DNA from: a virus
Lineage: Duplodnaviria > Caudoviricetes
IMG/VR virus record: IMGVR_UViG_3300023179_000123
Span: 1 to 58,516 of that record
Direction: 5' to 3' (one strand)
DNA length: 58,516 nt
The position numbers were made by a program, and so were the translations under genes. Positions 18,401 to 28,066 of this stretch are shown here, piece by piece. The notes beneath the pieces are model-generated. The model was given only the letters and a program-made list of their open reading frames with translations. It made no database searches and was not told the origin of the DNA. Every line of letters begins with the position of its first letter. Position 1 is the stretch's first letter.

Positions 18401-20939
18401 CAGCAGTATCATTTACATCATCTACAAAATTTAATGCTGCTCCGCCTGATTTATTTAAAATAATCATACCATTCGAATAGATACTATCTGCTACTAAAGT
18501 ATTAGCTATTCTAATTTCACCACTAACAAGCACATTGCCGGCCAATACGTTTCCAGTAATACTAGCATTTGAAATATTGGTGCTTGCAATACCCGCAGCT
18601 AATCTTGCATTTGATACTGCTCCTGTGGTTACATCTGATACTTGTGTAATAGAACCAGAGCCGCCACCGCCGCCTGCTCCTTCTAGGCCAGTTATATCTA
18701 ATGTATTTGTACTATTTTGAAAATAAAGACGCCCACCACTACCAAATATTCTATGTGTTGCTGCTGTATTTAAGCTAATAAACCTATTAGTACTGATTAG
18801 TATATTACCGGTTGAAGCAACATTGGCCGCATTTAATTGTATCTGTCCTCTACTAGCATTAGCATCTATGTAAATTACATTGCCATCTGGCGCAGTGGGG
18901 CTAGAATTCGCACTAATTTGGTTTAAAGAATTTAATGTAAGATATAATTTACTACCACCTGGGGCATCACCTTGCCCATCTAAAATAACATTATCATCAA
19001 ATACCTTCATACCAAAGAATGTTTGAGTTCCAGTAGTTAGATAGGTATTACCAGAAGTAGCAATAACATTATCAGTAACAAGAGTTACAGCACCAGTTTT
19101 GCCATTAACTGATGTTACACCTGCACCTGAAACTGCTTGAGTAATATTAATTGTGTCAGTTGTATTTTGAAAAAATAAACTACCACCGCTAGCAAATAAA
19201 CGATGAACTGATGAGGTATTAAGATTAAGGAATCTATTATTAGCAATCAATATATTACCGGTTGAAGCAACATTGGCCGCATTTAATTGTATCTGTCCTC
19301 TACTAGCATTAGCATCTATGTAAATTACATTGCCATCTGGCGCAGTGGGGCTAGAATTCGCACTAATTTGGTTTAAAGAATTTAATGTAAGATATAATTT
19401 ACTACCACCTGGGGCATCACCTTGCCCATCTAAAATAACATTATCATCAAATACCTTCATACCAAAGAATGTTTGTGTAGTATTACTTACAAACACATTT
19501 GAAACAGTTTGAATAATATTGTCTGTATATAAAGTTACAGCACCAGTTTTGCCATTAACTGATGTTACACCTGCACCTGAAACTGCTTGAGTAATATTAA
19601 TTGTGTCAGTTGTATTTTGAAAAAATAAACTACCACCGCTAGCAAACAATCTATGTGTTGCGTCTACATTTAAATTTAAACTTCTATTAGATGGTAAACT
19701 AATATTTCCTGTAGCTACAATATTATTAGCATATAGATTTATAGTTCCACCGTTTTGAAACGTACCTAAAGTTAATGTCTTAGTAACACCATCTCCATAA
19801 ATTGCAGTATTGCCTGGGACATCTAGGTATAAGGTTGGACCAGTTACACCTGTGCCAGCAATAAAAATATTACTTGAGGTTCTTACATTAGCTCCAAAAC
19901 TGATTGAATTACCATTTGCATTAGCCTTTAATGCTAATAATACATTTCCGTTAACACTAAATGCCATATGGTCATAAATATTGTCATAATAAATACTAGT
20001 ATCAGCAGTATCATTTACATCATCTACAAAATTTAATGCTGCTCCGCCTGATTTATTTAAAATAATAACAGCATTAGCACGTACATTATCTGCTAAAATA
20101 CTAGAATCAACTCTAATGTCACCTGTTACTAATACATTACCTGCATTGATATTTCCACTAGTCCCATTAGAAAGATTAATAGTACTAGTGGAATTTTTGA
20201 AATATAGTTGACCGCCAGATGCGAATAGATAATGAGAACTCTCCACATTTAATCTAAGTACTGCATTAGCTGGCATAATAACATTGCCATTAGCAACAAT
20301 ATTACTAGTATAAAGATTAAGTGTACCACCGTTGGTATTGTTACCAATTGTTATTACATTTGCGGCCGCTGGATCAGACGATGAAATAGAATTTGCCTGT
20401 ATAGCATTCCAACCAGGAATATCTAAGTATAATGTAGATCCTGTAGAATCTAATCCTTTACCATTTAAAAACACATCACCGTAAAAATATACTCTAGCAT
20501 TTGCATTATCTTGTATTACATTACCTCTAAGATATGCATTATCAGAAATATAGGTATTATAGGAATCAATAAAGACATTGCCTTGTCTTGAATTGGAATT
20601 GATATAGATGTAATTAGGACCAATAGAATATATTTGATCTACACTTGATGCTCCAAGAAACAAATTGCCCCGATAGTAATCACTAGATCTATCTAAAACT
20701 ACGTTTCCAGTAACGCCTATAGTATTTGGTGTTTTTAAGTAAAAACCTGTTCCTACATTGCCGCTCCATGCGTAACTTGGCCTAGTAGCAGATGAAGTAA
20801 TATTTGCTAGAAATTGTCCACCATTGTACAACCCCGCAAAATTACTATTAATTTTTTGAAAGGCAGTTCTTAAAGGATCACCAGTATTATCATTAGCTGC
20901 GCTTCCAACACCTATTACTAATACGTTACTTGTTAGCAT
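15489..20939 (-). CDS. Tail fibre with C-terminal peptidase S74 intramolecular chaperone
   Basis: N-terminal GSAANDNTGDPLRTAFQKINSNF attachment motif; C-terminal SSDERLKENV...GVIAQEIEKVLPEVV...IVPLLIEAIKEQ. Confidence 0.85.
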   Translation of the reverse strand: MLTSNVLVIGVGSAANDNTGDPLRTAFQKINSNFAGLYNGGQFLANITSSATRPSYAWSGNVGTGFYLKTPNTIGVTGNVVLDRSSDYYRGNLFLGASSVDQIYSIGPNYIYINSNSRQGNVFIDSYNTYISDNAYLRGNVIQDNANARVYFYGDVFLNGKGLDSTGSTLYLDIPGWNAIQANSISSSDPAAANVITIGNNTNGGTLNLYTSNIVANGNVIMPANAVLRLNVESSHYLFASGGQLYFKNSTSTINLSNGTSGNINAGNVLVTGDIRVDSSILADNVRANAVIILNKSGGAALNFVDDVNDTADTSIYYDNIYDHMAFSVNGNVLLALKANANGNSISFGANVRTSSNIFIAGTGVTGPTLYLDVPGNTAIYGDGVTKTLTLGTFQNGGTINLYANNIVATGNISLPSNRSLNLNVDATHRLFASGGSLFFQNTTDTINITQAVSGAGVTSVNGKTGAVTLYTDNIIQTVSNVFVSNTTQTFFGMKVFDDNVILDGQGDAPGGSKLYLTLNSLNQISANSSPTAPDGNVIYIDANASRGQIQLNAANVASTGNILIANNRFLNLNTSSVHRLFASGGSLFFQNTTDTINITQAVSGAGVTSVNGKTGAVTLVTDNVIATSGNTYLTTGTQTFFGMKVFDDNVILDGQGDAPGGSKLYLTLNSLNQISANSSPTAPDGNVIYIDANASRGQIQLNAANVASTGNILISTNRFISLNTAATHRIFGSGGRLYFQNSTNTLDITGLEGAGGGGGSGSITQVSDVTTGAVSNARLAAGIASTNISNASITGNVLAGNVLVSGEIRIANTLVADSIYSNGMIILNKSGGAALNFVDDVNDTADTSIYYDNIYDHMAFSVNSNVIFKLNANANGNSAVISSNLLPSSNNIFDLGASNFRWKDLYLSGSTIYLGSAQITSPGAGIVNLPAGSTINGSTIGTSSGAVSLTAGTGIIANPTTITSSGSFAANTDYLATLSTSQTFTGTKTFSSDVVLNGLGPNTNKLYLTLNGFNGVSANSGPKAYVPDGNVIYIDSAGSTGQIQLNAANTTTTGNILIANDRFINLNTSATHRIFGSGGRLYFQNATSTLDITGLQGGGGTGDVTSVTAGSGLTGTSESGPDVTLNVGQGDGITVSADAVAVDASVVRTSNTSYVLTSNTSYVLIAGTQTITGTKTFSGTTYLNSTYLTSNTINFGAVNNKGSIYYSLSSNTYGLSKAGTAIDVVTFQPTGITIDGTSTLPKATGSTSNFLRADGSWATPPDTDTNTTYGISAETATSGANIRITGSDSSIDNVNLIGAGTVSIARTDANTITITGSGGGGGDVTSVTAGSGLTGSSEGGPDVTLNVGQGDGITVSADAVAVDASVVRTSNTSYVLTSNTSYVLTATNQTLTGVKTFTSPILSQSALWINAAANTNYPTGTLVDVGDNISLSVKTPSTTSYKAITFYGSDGKTSFPGNLYTTDVKFTFGGVSKDLIGKSDGLYYDGTKLGTGDVSTSGTQTIGGVKTFDDGLVTDGITLRYGNNLFIPPSSNTVSNNNRIYNDGTNIRFVSNGTEKTANWDTAYGWGNHASAGYGYSNFSGSYTDLSNKPTIPSNTNQLTNGSGYITLSSLSFTAGSGGYNSGSGVITIPTNTNQLTNGANFITSSALAGYATENYVTTRGYITSYSETDTLATVTARGTSTNQSLSTGSLTVTGSITATGEITAYYSSDERLKENVAVIQNPLEKLLSIRGVNFDWTEDYINSRGGEDGYFVRKQDIGVIAQEIEKVLPEVVAKKDDGYKAVRYEKIVPLLIEAIKEQQSQIEELKELVKRLAK
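16792..17580. repeat. Near-exact direct repeat of about 130 nt, 660 nt apart
   Basis: 16792-16920 vs 17452-17580, one mismatch seen. Confidence 0.8.
18801..19646. repeat. Exact direct repeats with 450-nt period inside the fibre gene
   Basis: 18801-19025 = 19251-19475 and 19083-19196 = 19533-19646 by eye. Confidence 0.9.
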
Positions 20940-20975
20940 CTGTTTTTTCTCTAGTTGAACTTAGTTTAATCATTG

Positions 20976-22670
20976 TTATACTGTTTTAATATCCATTTTT
21001 CTAATGGAAGGAGATACTGCAGAATTGGTTGAAAGAAAATCTATTCGTATTACGAATTTATTAAATTTTCCATTATAAGTGATACCCGTATTAGTAGTAT
21101 AAGTTAATCCAGTCAATTTTTGATAGATATCCCTCACATATGTAGTTTTATCCGTCACGTTAACTAATGACACATCTTTTTTCCTTGGTAATTCCGTCCA
21201 TTCTTTACTAGCTAAATCATTATCACCTACAGCCAATACCTTGCAGTAAACTTTAATACTTGTATCTGTAGGTTTATTAACACTAACTTCTACACTTAAA
21301 CCACTGAATTCTTTACCATCTTCTACTGAATATAATTTAGAAACATATGTAGATTCATTTGGTAAAGTCGAAGCTGTACTAGTTGTTAAGGGCAAATCAT
21401 TTACAACAATGAAATTAGTAGTTTCAAGATCAAGTATAGGGCTTACGTATTGATTTTGATTAGTGAATGTTGTGCTAATTTTAACATCACCGACAACATT
21501 AGCAGTTCTATTGGAGTCAAGTATTGTCAAATATTCGGGTGCTAGACTAGTTGGAGTACCAGGAAAAGCACCATTTTTCTTAGTGTATATTGAATAATTA
21601 ATAGATGAAACACCTGTAAATACTTTCTCAGAAGGCTTAAAGGTATATTTATTGTAATAATCCGTAATCGATGTGTCTTTACTAATAATATTAAATGTAG
21701 CTGAACCTGTAGCAAAAGAAGCAATATTTATTTTAAAACAAATATCGGTATCTAAATCGGGATTAGCATAATCACCCGTATTAAATAACCTTCTTACATT
21801 TTGATTAGAAGAAACAGTATTAGTACTAAAATATTTTTCTTTACCTACCGTACCTGAGAAAAGTTTATAACTACCAGAGTCAGATAATACGCATATAGCA
21901 TACTCAGAATTCGGTAATAGATATATCGGTTTTTTAAAAGTAAATCTAGTGTACAATGCTCTTAGATCTTCTTCAGTATATAAAGTAGTAAAACCCCCAT
22001 ACGGTATGGTAACTTGCTGAGGACTTTTTACCACATAGCTTTCTGCTAATACAAAAGAGTTTGAAGGAACACCACCTGATACGTTTCTTAATTCTATAGC
22101 CACAGTTTTATTAGTAGTATCTTTATCATAAAAATATAAATCTACTGATGTTGCAAAAACCCCGTTTGGATATACTGCAGGATCAACATAAAATACCTGT
22201 GCTAAAGGTTCTACATATGCCTTTTTAGTTTGCCAATCAGCAACATCCACACTTAAGTCTTTAATGGTTGAATCGGCTGATCTTAATAATACATCAGTAC
22301 TTTCTAATGTTACTAATTTTACATCAGGTGAAACTATATATTGAGTAGTTGCGTATGATTTACTGCTCTCAAAACTAACACTTGAATCACCAAACTGTAT
22401 TTCAAGAACACCCGCAGGGAAATTTAAAGTATAATCACTTGGGAGAATAATTGTCCCAGTAGCCATTCCATAAGCATCCGTTCTTATCAAGGCACCAAAA
22501 TTTTGGCCGTTCTGTTTGGTATAATTCGAAATAGATTTTTTATTAATGTAAGGATAGATATAAGTATAGGCAGGCATACCATAAATTTCAAAATTTATGA
22601 TAGCAGACCCTGCTATGTTACTATATACTCCACCTTCAGTGCCACTAGTGTTATAAACCCCTGCAACCAT
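20976..22670 (-). CDS. Baseplate-associated structural protein, DUF4815/VrlC-like C-terminal part
   Basis: EPLAQVFYVD...GVFATSVDLYF...FKKPIYL...EYAICVLSDS...SPILDL. Confidence 0.65.
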   Translation of the reverse strand: MVAGVYNTSGTEGGVYSNIAGSAIINFEIYGMPAYTYIYPYINKKSISNYTKQNGQNFGALIRTDAYGMATGTIILPSDYTLNFPAGVLEIQFGDSSVSFESSKSYATTQYIVSPDVKLVTLESTDVLLRSADSTIKDLSVDVADWQTKKAYVEPLAQVFYVDPAVYPNGVFATSVDLYFYDKDTTNKTVAIELRNVSGGVPSNSFVLAESYVVKSPQQVTIPYGGFTTLYTEEDLRALYTRFTFKKPIYLLPNSEYAICVLSDSGSYKLFSGTVGKEKYFSTNTVSSNQNVRRLFNTGDYANPDLDTDICFKINIASFATGSATFNIISKDTSITDYYNKYTFKPSEKVFTGVSSINYSIYTKKNGAFPGTPTSLAPEYLTILDSNRTANVVGDVKISTTFTNQNQYVSPILDLETTNFIVVNDLPLTTSTASTLPNESTYVSKLYSVEDGKEFSGLSVEVSVNKPTDTSIKVYCKVLAVGDNDLASKEWTELPRKKDVSLVNVTDKTTYVRDIYQKLTGLTYTTNTGITYNGKFNKFVIRIDFLSTNSAVSPSIRKMDIKTV

Positions 22671-22694
22671 TTTCGCCTCTTGATTTTAATTATT

Positions 22695-25600
22695 TTAGAA
22701 TTCTTTTAATTCAGTTTTCAAGGGATTGCCACCGCCCCCACCTCCCCCAATACCTGCCCCATTATGAATAAACACTATATTATCAAAATTGTTATATGCA
22801 GTTCTTATCGCATTGTCTAAGGCATCTAAATATGCTTGAGCATTGCTAGATGACGTAAAAGTATTTACAACATTTCCAACAAAAATAGGATCAGGAGAGG
22901 TGCCTTGATTTATTATATTGTAATTAACCGTAGTATATTCTGGAATGTAAGTTATGGATCTAACATCATTCACACCTGTTTCCAAAACAACATTATTTTT
23001 AGTAGATGCCTTCGGTGTAATAATTATTCTGCCCTGTTGAGATTTTAACTCAAAAGGATTAACAACTATAGGTCCATCGACCGAAGCCTCGACAAAATCT
23101 ATCATAGCCACTTGTGAATATCCCATACTAATTGTATTAGATGTATTTACTATCTGCGAAGGTAATGCGACGGTATCTAATTCAAACTCTAAATTGTCTG
23201 TTTGAGCAGTAGCCCCAATGGCGCCTGTTGACCCATCAAACGAACATGTTGTATTAACTAAATCTATTGATTTGCTTGGAGTACCATTTTGAAAGAATGA
23301 TTCTGACACAGAAGAAATAATTTGATATTGTATATTATCATCATCAGAAATGAATTGATTAGATTGGTTAAGATTCTTCAATAAATTAATTATCAATCCT
23401 TCCAACGTACCAATTCTAGTTTCCAAATCAGCTATATCCTTCATTGTATAGCGTTTTCTAGGAATTAAATTTATTATTACTTCATTTCTTGTCATAGTAT
23501 ATGGTGCCACATCTGCAATCCCTAGTACTATTTCCTCGGTTGGATTTAATTGCACTATAGGCAAAGGTCTTGACAAGGCAGGGATACCTTCTTTAACAAA
23601 TATTCTACCTCTTTTGTCTAATAACAATAAATCTTTTCTGCCAACGTAATAATTATAGTTAGTATTCAAATTATACTCATCTATGTTTGCAGGTGTAATA
23701 GCAGGAGCCATATTATATTCATAATTACGATAAGTGGCATCGAACACAGTAGCAGTCAAATCGTATCTTCTAGGTCTAAAGTCAATTACATCAGATAGAT
23801 CCACATAATTACTTGCATCTGTTTTATGTATGGGTATTTGATCGTATGTCAATCCAGCATTTAAATAAGTATTCGCAACTATTGGACCAGTGCCGGTATG
23901 AGTAAAATAATTGAATAAGAAAAATACGTTCGCTTTATTTGTGGTATTAGATACTGCACCATGGTCATAGTAACTATCTCTTTGCCCATTATCTAAAATA
24001 TAAAGATTCAAATTATCAGCGCCCAATGGTGAAAAATTAGCAGACGGGAATGAAGTATCAACTGTAGTAGTAACGTTACAATAATAAACTACATTATTAT
24101 AACCAACTACATTTCCTTTCACATAAGTGATACCTGAAGTCCAAACTCCACCGTAAGTATTATTGGTAGGAAGAGTATTTGCATATAATATTTTGTAAAC
24201 GTCACTTTTGCCCAAGGTTACAAAAGAATTGCCTACATTGCCTGCTCTTGTGAAGTTTAAAATTGCTGCTGCAGTAGTGACGGTTTTTGATCTGTAATTT
24301 ACTTGACTTATTGACCCTCGTACTCTTTTAGTCACTAATATGTCAGCCGCACCATTAAAACTTGCATCTTTAGTTCCTATTTCCAATTGAGTAGAAGTAT
24401 TTAATCTTAAATAGCTTGGATCAAGTCTAAAGGCACCTTTTACTGTAGAACCACTTGCAGTAGTAACAGTCATAGTATAATTAGTATTAAGCACTGTACC
24501 TATCATACTACCCGCACCTACATCACCTACCCATGTCTCATTTCCAGTTAAATTAATAACAGCATTTCCTGATGAAAATGCTTGATTTTTGATTGTCGTT
24601 CTATAGTAAAAATCTAATGTATTTGGATCGATACCAGATATACGTGTATTTAATAATCCAAAATATCCTTTCTTATTAAAAGAATCAAATAATTGAGTGC
24701 CGTCAGTCACATTTGTGAACGCTTGATTATTTACGTTGGCTTTAAAAGTATAAGCTCCGGAAATATTTGCAGCAAAACTTCTAACATTTGCAAAAGTATT
24801 AGTTTCCATATTAACACGATGGAAATATAACCTATATACCTTTTTAGCAACCGAAGATTTTACTGAATCAAGCTCTATAGATTTGATAGTAGCAGTACCG
24901 ATTTTATTATTAAGTGTGTAGCTACCATGAAGCTCTACGTTAGCATAGATGTCCACATTACTAGGATTTATAATGGAATTAGCGAAATCTTCTACTAAAG
25001 TGTAATGCCCAAATCTAGTTCCAATAGAAGAAGCAGTAGCTATTTTAAAATCTCTGCCTTTTCTAATTTTTACTATTTGAGAAGGTATTTTAACAAGATT
25101 ACCACCTATAAAATACATACCACCTTTAGATGTATATTCTACATTACCCGATTCAACGCTCCATGATTTTTGAAAATTAATTTCTTCAATATTATAGTTG
25201 CCAGATTCAAGATATGTTCTATCTGCAAGTTCTTTGGATAAAGGATTTTCAGTTTTTTGCCTGCTAACTAAACTAGTCTTATCACCAAGATAATTTTTGA
25301 TAGCAATAAAGTTATCATATAACCCTCGAGCAGGTTGTCCATATGTATCTAAATTAACAACTACGTACGCTACATTAGCTTTTAATCTATCAGCACCTGG
25401 GGCAAAGTAATTGGTGCTTCCTACCGCTGGATCTAATAAAGCTGGATCATCTTCATACCCCAGATTAACAAACTCTAAATTAATACCAGCACTCTTATAA
25501 GGAGTTGAATTATACTTATCAATTAAAACATTAGCAGCGGGCGATTGTATGAAAAAACCATTCTTATAAAATACGCCAGGTGTAATATATGAATAAAGAG

Positions 25601-26357
25601 GCAACTGTGTATTCTCTCGAATAAAACTTACCACACCTAGTGATGCATCTATTTCTATCGGTGATACTTTATTTAATTCCAATTCTGTAGATGAGACTAC
25701 TTTTGAAACATATAATCCAGTATCACCATTAGATATAACTAGGCTTGGATGATTTACATAATCACCTGCTTTAATATCTGTTGTGGCGGATGATAATGTC
25801 ACAATTCTTGAATATTGGTGGATATTACAAGTGCTAGTGTATATTATGTTAGCAGCAGTATTGGCAGTTGTGGCAGTAGCAGTAACAGTTGTGCATGCTG
25901 CAGCATTTTCTGTATTGTAAAAATACAACACCTCGTTAGGATTTAAAATACCAAGTTTGGATCTACCTGATGCTCCTTGACCTGTCCATCTAATAATTAA
26001 AGTTTGTGGATCACCTACTGTACCAGAATCTGCTGCATAAAATTGTAATACTTTACCCACTACATTCGAAGTAGTGCCTCTTACATACTTATTAACTACT
26101 GCTGAAGTAAGCGGTGTTGAATTAGAAATTCTAATAGAACGTGTAGAATAATCTTCAGTCAAAACAGCACCCTGTAATACTACACCATCATCTACCACAT
26201 AATTACCAAGTGTTTCTATTTGATTTTGAAGAATACTTTGAAGCTGAGTTAATTCCCTAGCTTGTACAGCTACTCCAGGTTTAAATAAAACCCTATGATA
26301 ATTATCAGTAGGGTCATAGTCATCATTATAAGGAAAATTATTAGTTATAACGGCCAT
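22695..26357 (-). CDS. Baseplate-associated structural protein, DUF4815/VrlC-like N-terminal part
   Basis: PYNDDYD...YHRVLFKPGVAVQARELTQLQSILQNQIE; APGADRLK; LADRTYLESGNY; KRYTMKDI. Confidence 0.75.
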   Translation of the reverse strand: MAVITNNFPYNDDYDPTDNYHRVLFKPGVAVQARELTQLQSILQNQIETLGNYVVDDGVVLQGAVLTEDYSTRSIRISNSTPLTSAVVNKYVRGTTSNVVGKVLQFYAADSGTVGDPQTLIIRWTGQGASGRSKLGILNPNEVLYFYNTENAAACTTVTATATTANTAANIIYTSTCNIHQYSRIVTLSSATTDIKAGDYVNHPSLVISNGDTGLYVSKVVSSTELELNKVSPIEIDASLGVVSFIRENTQLPLYSYITPGVFYKNGFFIQSPAANVLIDKYNSTPYKSAGINLEFVNLGYEDDPALLDPAVGSTNYFAPGADRLKANVAYVVVNLDTYGQPARGLYDNFIAIKNYLGDKTSLVSRQKTENPLSKELADRTYLESGNYNIEEINFQKSWSVESGNVEYTSKGGMYFIGGNLVKIPSQIVKIRKGRDFKIATASSIGTRFGHYTLVEDFANSIINPSNVDIYANVELHGSYTLNNKIGTATIKSIELDSVKSSVAKKVYRLYFHRVNMETNTFANVRSFAANISGAYTFKANVNNQAFTNVTDGTQLFDSFNKKGYFGLLNTRISGIDPNTLDFYYRTTIKNQAFSSGNAVINLTGNETWVGDVGAGSMIGTVLNTNYTMTVTTASGSTVKGAFRLDPSYLRLNTSTQLEIGTKDASFNGAADILVTKRVRGSISQVNYRSKTVTTAAAILNFTRAGNVGNSFVTLGKSDVYKILYANTLPTNNTYGGVWTSGITYVKGNVVGYNNVVYYCNVTTTVDTSFPSANFSPLGADNLNLYILDNGQRDSYYDHGAVSNTTNKANVFFLFNYFTHTGTGPIVANTYLNAGLTYDQIPIHKTDASNYVDLSDVIDFRPRRYDLTATVFDATYRNYEYNMAPAITPANIDEYNLNTNYNYYVGRKDLLLLDKRGRIFVKEGIPALSRPLPIVQLNPTEEIVLGIADVAPYTMTRNEVIINLIPRKRYTMKDIADLETRIGTLEGLIINLLKNLNQSNQFISDDDNIQYQIISSVSESFFQNGTPSKSIDLVNTTCSFDGSTGAIGATAQTDNLEFELDTVALPSQIVNTSNTISMGYSQVAMIDFVEASVDGPIVVNPFELKSQQGRIIITPKASTKNNVVLETGVNDVRSITYIPEYTTVNYNIINQGTSPDPIFVGNVVNTFTSSSNAQAYLDALDNAIRTAYNNFDNIVFIHNGAGIGGGGGGGNPLKTELKEF

Positions 26358-26368
26358 TTTCGATCTTT

Positions 26369-28048
26369 TTAGAATTTAATTACTAAATTAAATGATTCAG
26401 TTTGTGATGGACTTCTATTGATAGCAGGATAAATATTTTCTACAAAGAAAACTTCTCCAGAATCATGGTAGATACTTGGATTATTTTTAGTTGAAATAAT
26501 TCCAATGGCACCCGAACTTAGTCCAGTTATCCTCTCACCTATTTGAAATTCTTTAGAATTACTAGTAGAATCTTCTGATTGGATATATCTTAAATATTTA
26601 TTATCAGCCGATACATAAACTATGTACGCATTTGCTCCGGATATATTTCCAGAAATATATTCATCTGTTACAAATGTTACAATGGAATTGCTAGATAAGT
26701 TTAAGGAATAATTACCATTTATTGTATTTACTGTCGCCGTAGCATTAGTAGATCTTATTAAGGGGTTTTTAATAAGTCCTATTCTTCTATAATTATGTGG
26801 AATAAAATTATCTTCATTGTATGAAATGGATGAATACGCCATAACATAAAAAGCACCCAATTCTTGTTTTGGAGAAAACCCATGCCCGCCCTGTGGGCCT
26901 ATTATTGCCTTGGCTTTAGCATTTGCCCCGCCTGCAGTATCAGTAATAGTCACGTTTGCGAATCTGTACTTTGATCCAGTATTAGTTATATTTAATTTAT
27001 CTATAACATTATTCACAACATTTGCAGTAGCAGTAGCACCAGTACCATCTCCAGTAATAGTAACAGTAATAGTACTATTTGTAATATAATTGGATCCAGA
27101 ACTTATTATTTTTATATGATCAATTGATCCATCTGTAGCAGTTTCTACAACACTAACTTCGGAGTCTATTGGCATATAATTATTAGTCAGAAATACCTGA
27201 TCTTGACTTTCTATGGTATACAAATATTTCCATTTATAACCATCTGCATATTGTTCAACATAATTAGTTGTCAGTGTTGGTTCTACTGTAGATACACTAT
27301 TATTATTTGCAATACATTTAAAAACATTATTGGCAGAATTTACTACATAAAAAGCATTCCCCATTAATGTCAAATCTTCATTATCATAGATTCGATAGGC
27401 CGTATTATTTATCCAGTTATAGCGCGGGACTACCAATTTTAACCCAGTATTGGGTATTCGTTTTAGGGCAATAATTTCATCCCAAAATTTGTAATCATAC
27501 GTATCGGTTTCTCTGAAAGAAAATAAATCTTCTCCATTTATAAAATTAGACGTTTCCACTGTTCTTCTAGTAGATACACCTGCGCCTATAACTGTATTTG
27601 CCCAGTAATTTAATCCTGGAACATCGGGGGCTCGTAAAAAATACGTATTATATAATTGCGTAACAAATGCTACATTTGAGCCAGAAAAACTACCTGCTAT
27701 ATTTGCATCTGCAATATATTCGCGAGTCCATTTATTAGGCCTACCTGTAAACACATACAAAGTGTTTATGGTGTTGCCCTCGCCCTGTAGAAAGTTTAAT
27801 TCTACCTGTCTTCTACTAGACAAAGACGCACCTAAAACAGTATTCACCCAATAATTTAATCCCGGAGAATCAGGAGTTCTTCCTAGATAATATTCATATA
27901 ATTCAGTTACAAAATTAGTATCATTACCAACAAAAGTGCTAGCAATATTAATATCCTGCGGAACATTACTAGAAGCAGTGACTTGAAACTGATTTATAAA
28001 AGATTCGGCAGAAGCTACCTTTAACTTTAGGGATATTTTAGATGTCAT
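26369..28048 (-). CDS. gp8: Baseplate wedge subunit gp8-like, with two DUF4214-like inserts
   Basis: LVVPRYNW, VFKCIAN, DGYKWKYLY, IGPQGGHG...ELGA, YRRIGLIKNP motifs; synteny. Confidence 0.8.
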   Translation of the reverse strand: MTSKISLKLKVASAESFINQFQVTASSNVPQDINIASTFVGNDTNFVTELYEYYLGRTPDSPGLNYWVNTVLGASLSSRRQVELNFLQGEGNTINTLYVFTGRPNKWTREYIADANIAGSFSGSNVAFVTQLYNTYFLRAPDVPGLNYWANTVIGAGVSTRRTVETSNFINGEDLFSFRETDTYDYKFWDEIIALKRIPNTGLKLVVPRYNWINNTAYRIYDNEDLTLMGNAFYVVNSANNVFKCIANNNSVSTVEPTLTTNYVEQYADGYKWKYLYTIESQDQVFLTNNYMPIDSEVSVVETATDGSIDHIKIISSGSNYITNSTITVTITGDGTGATATANVVNNVIDKLNITNTGSKYRFANVTITDTAGGANAKAKAIIGPQGGHGFSPKQELGAFYVMAYSSISYNEDNFIPHNYRRIGLIKNPLIRSTNATATVNTINGNYSLNLSSNSIVTFVTDEYISGNISGANAYIVYVSADNKYLRYIQSEDSTSNSKEFQIGERITGLSSGAIGIISTKNNPSIYHDSGEVFFVENIYPAINRSPSQTESFNLVIKF

Positions 28049-28066
28049 CTTAAATTAAAATATTTA

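Noticed and set aside
18801-19646. Diversity-generating retroelement TR/VR pair
   Set aside because: Repeats are identical rather than adenine-mutated, both copies are internal to one ORF, and the window has no reverse transcriptase
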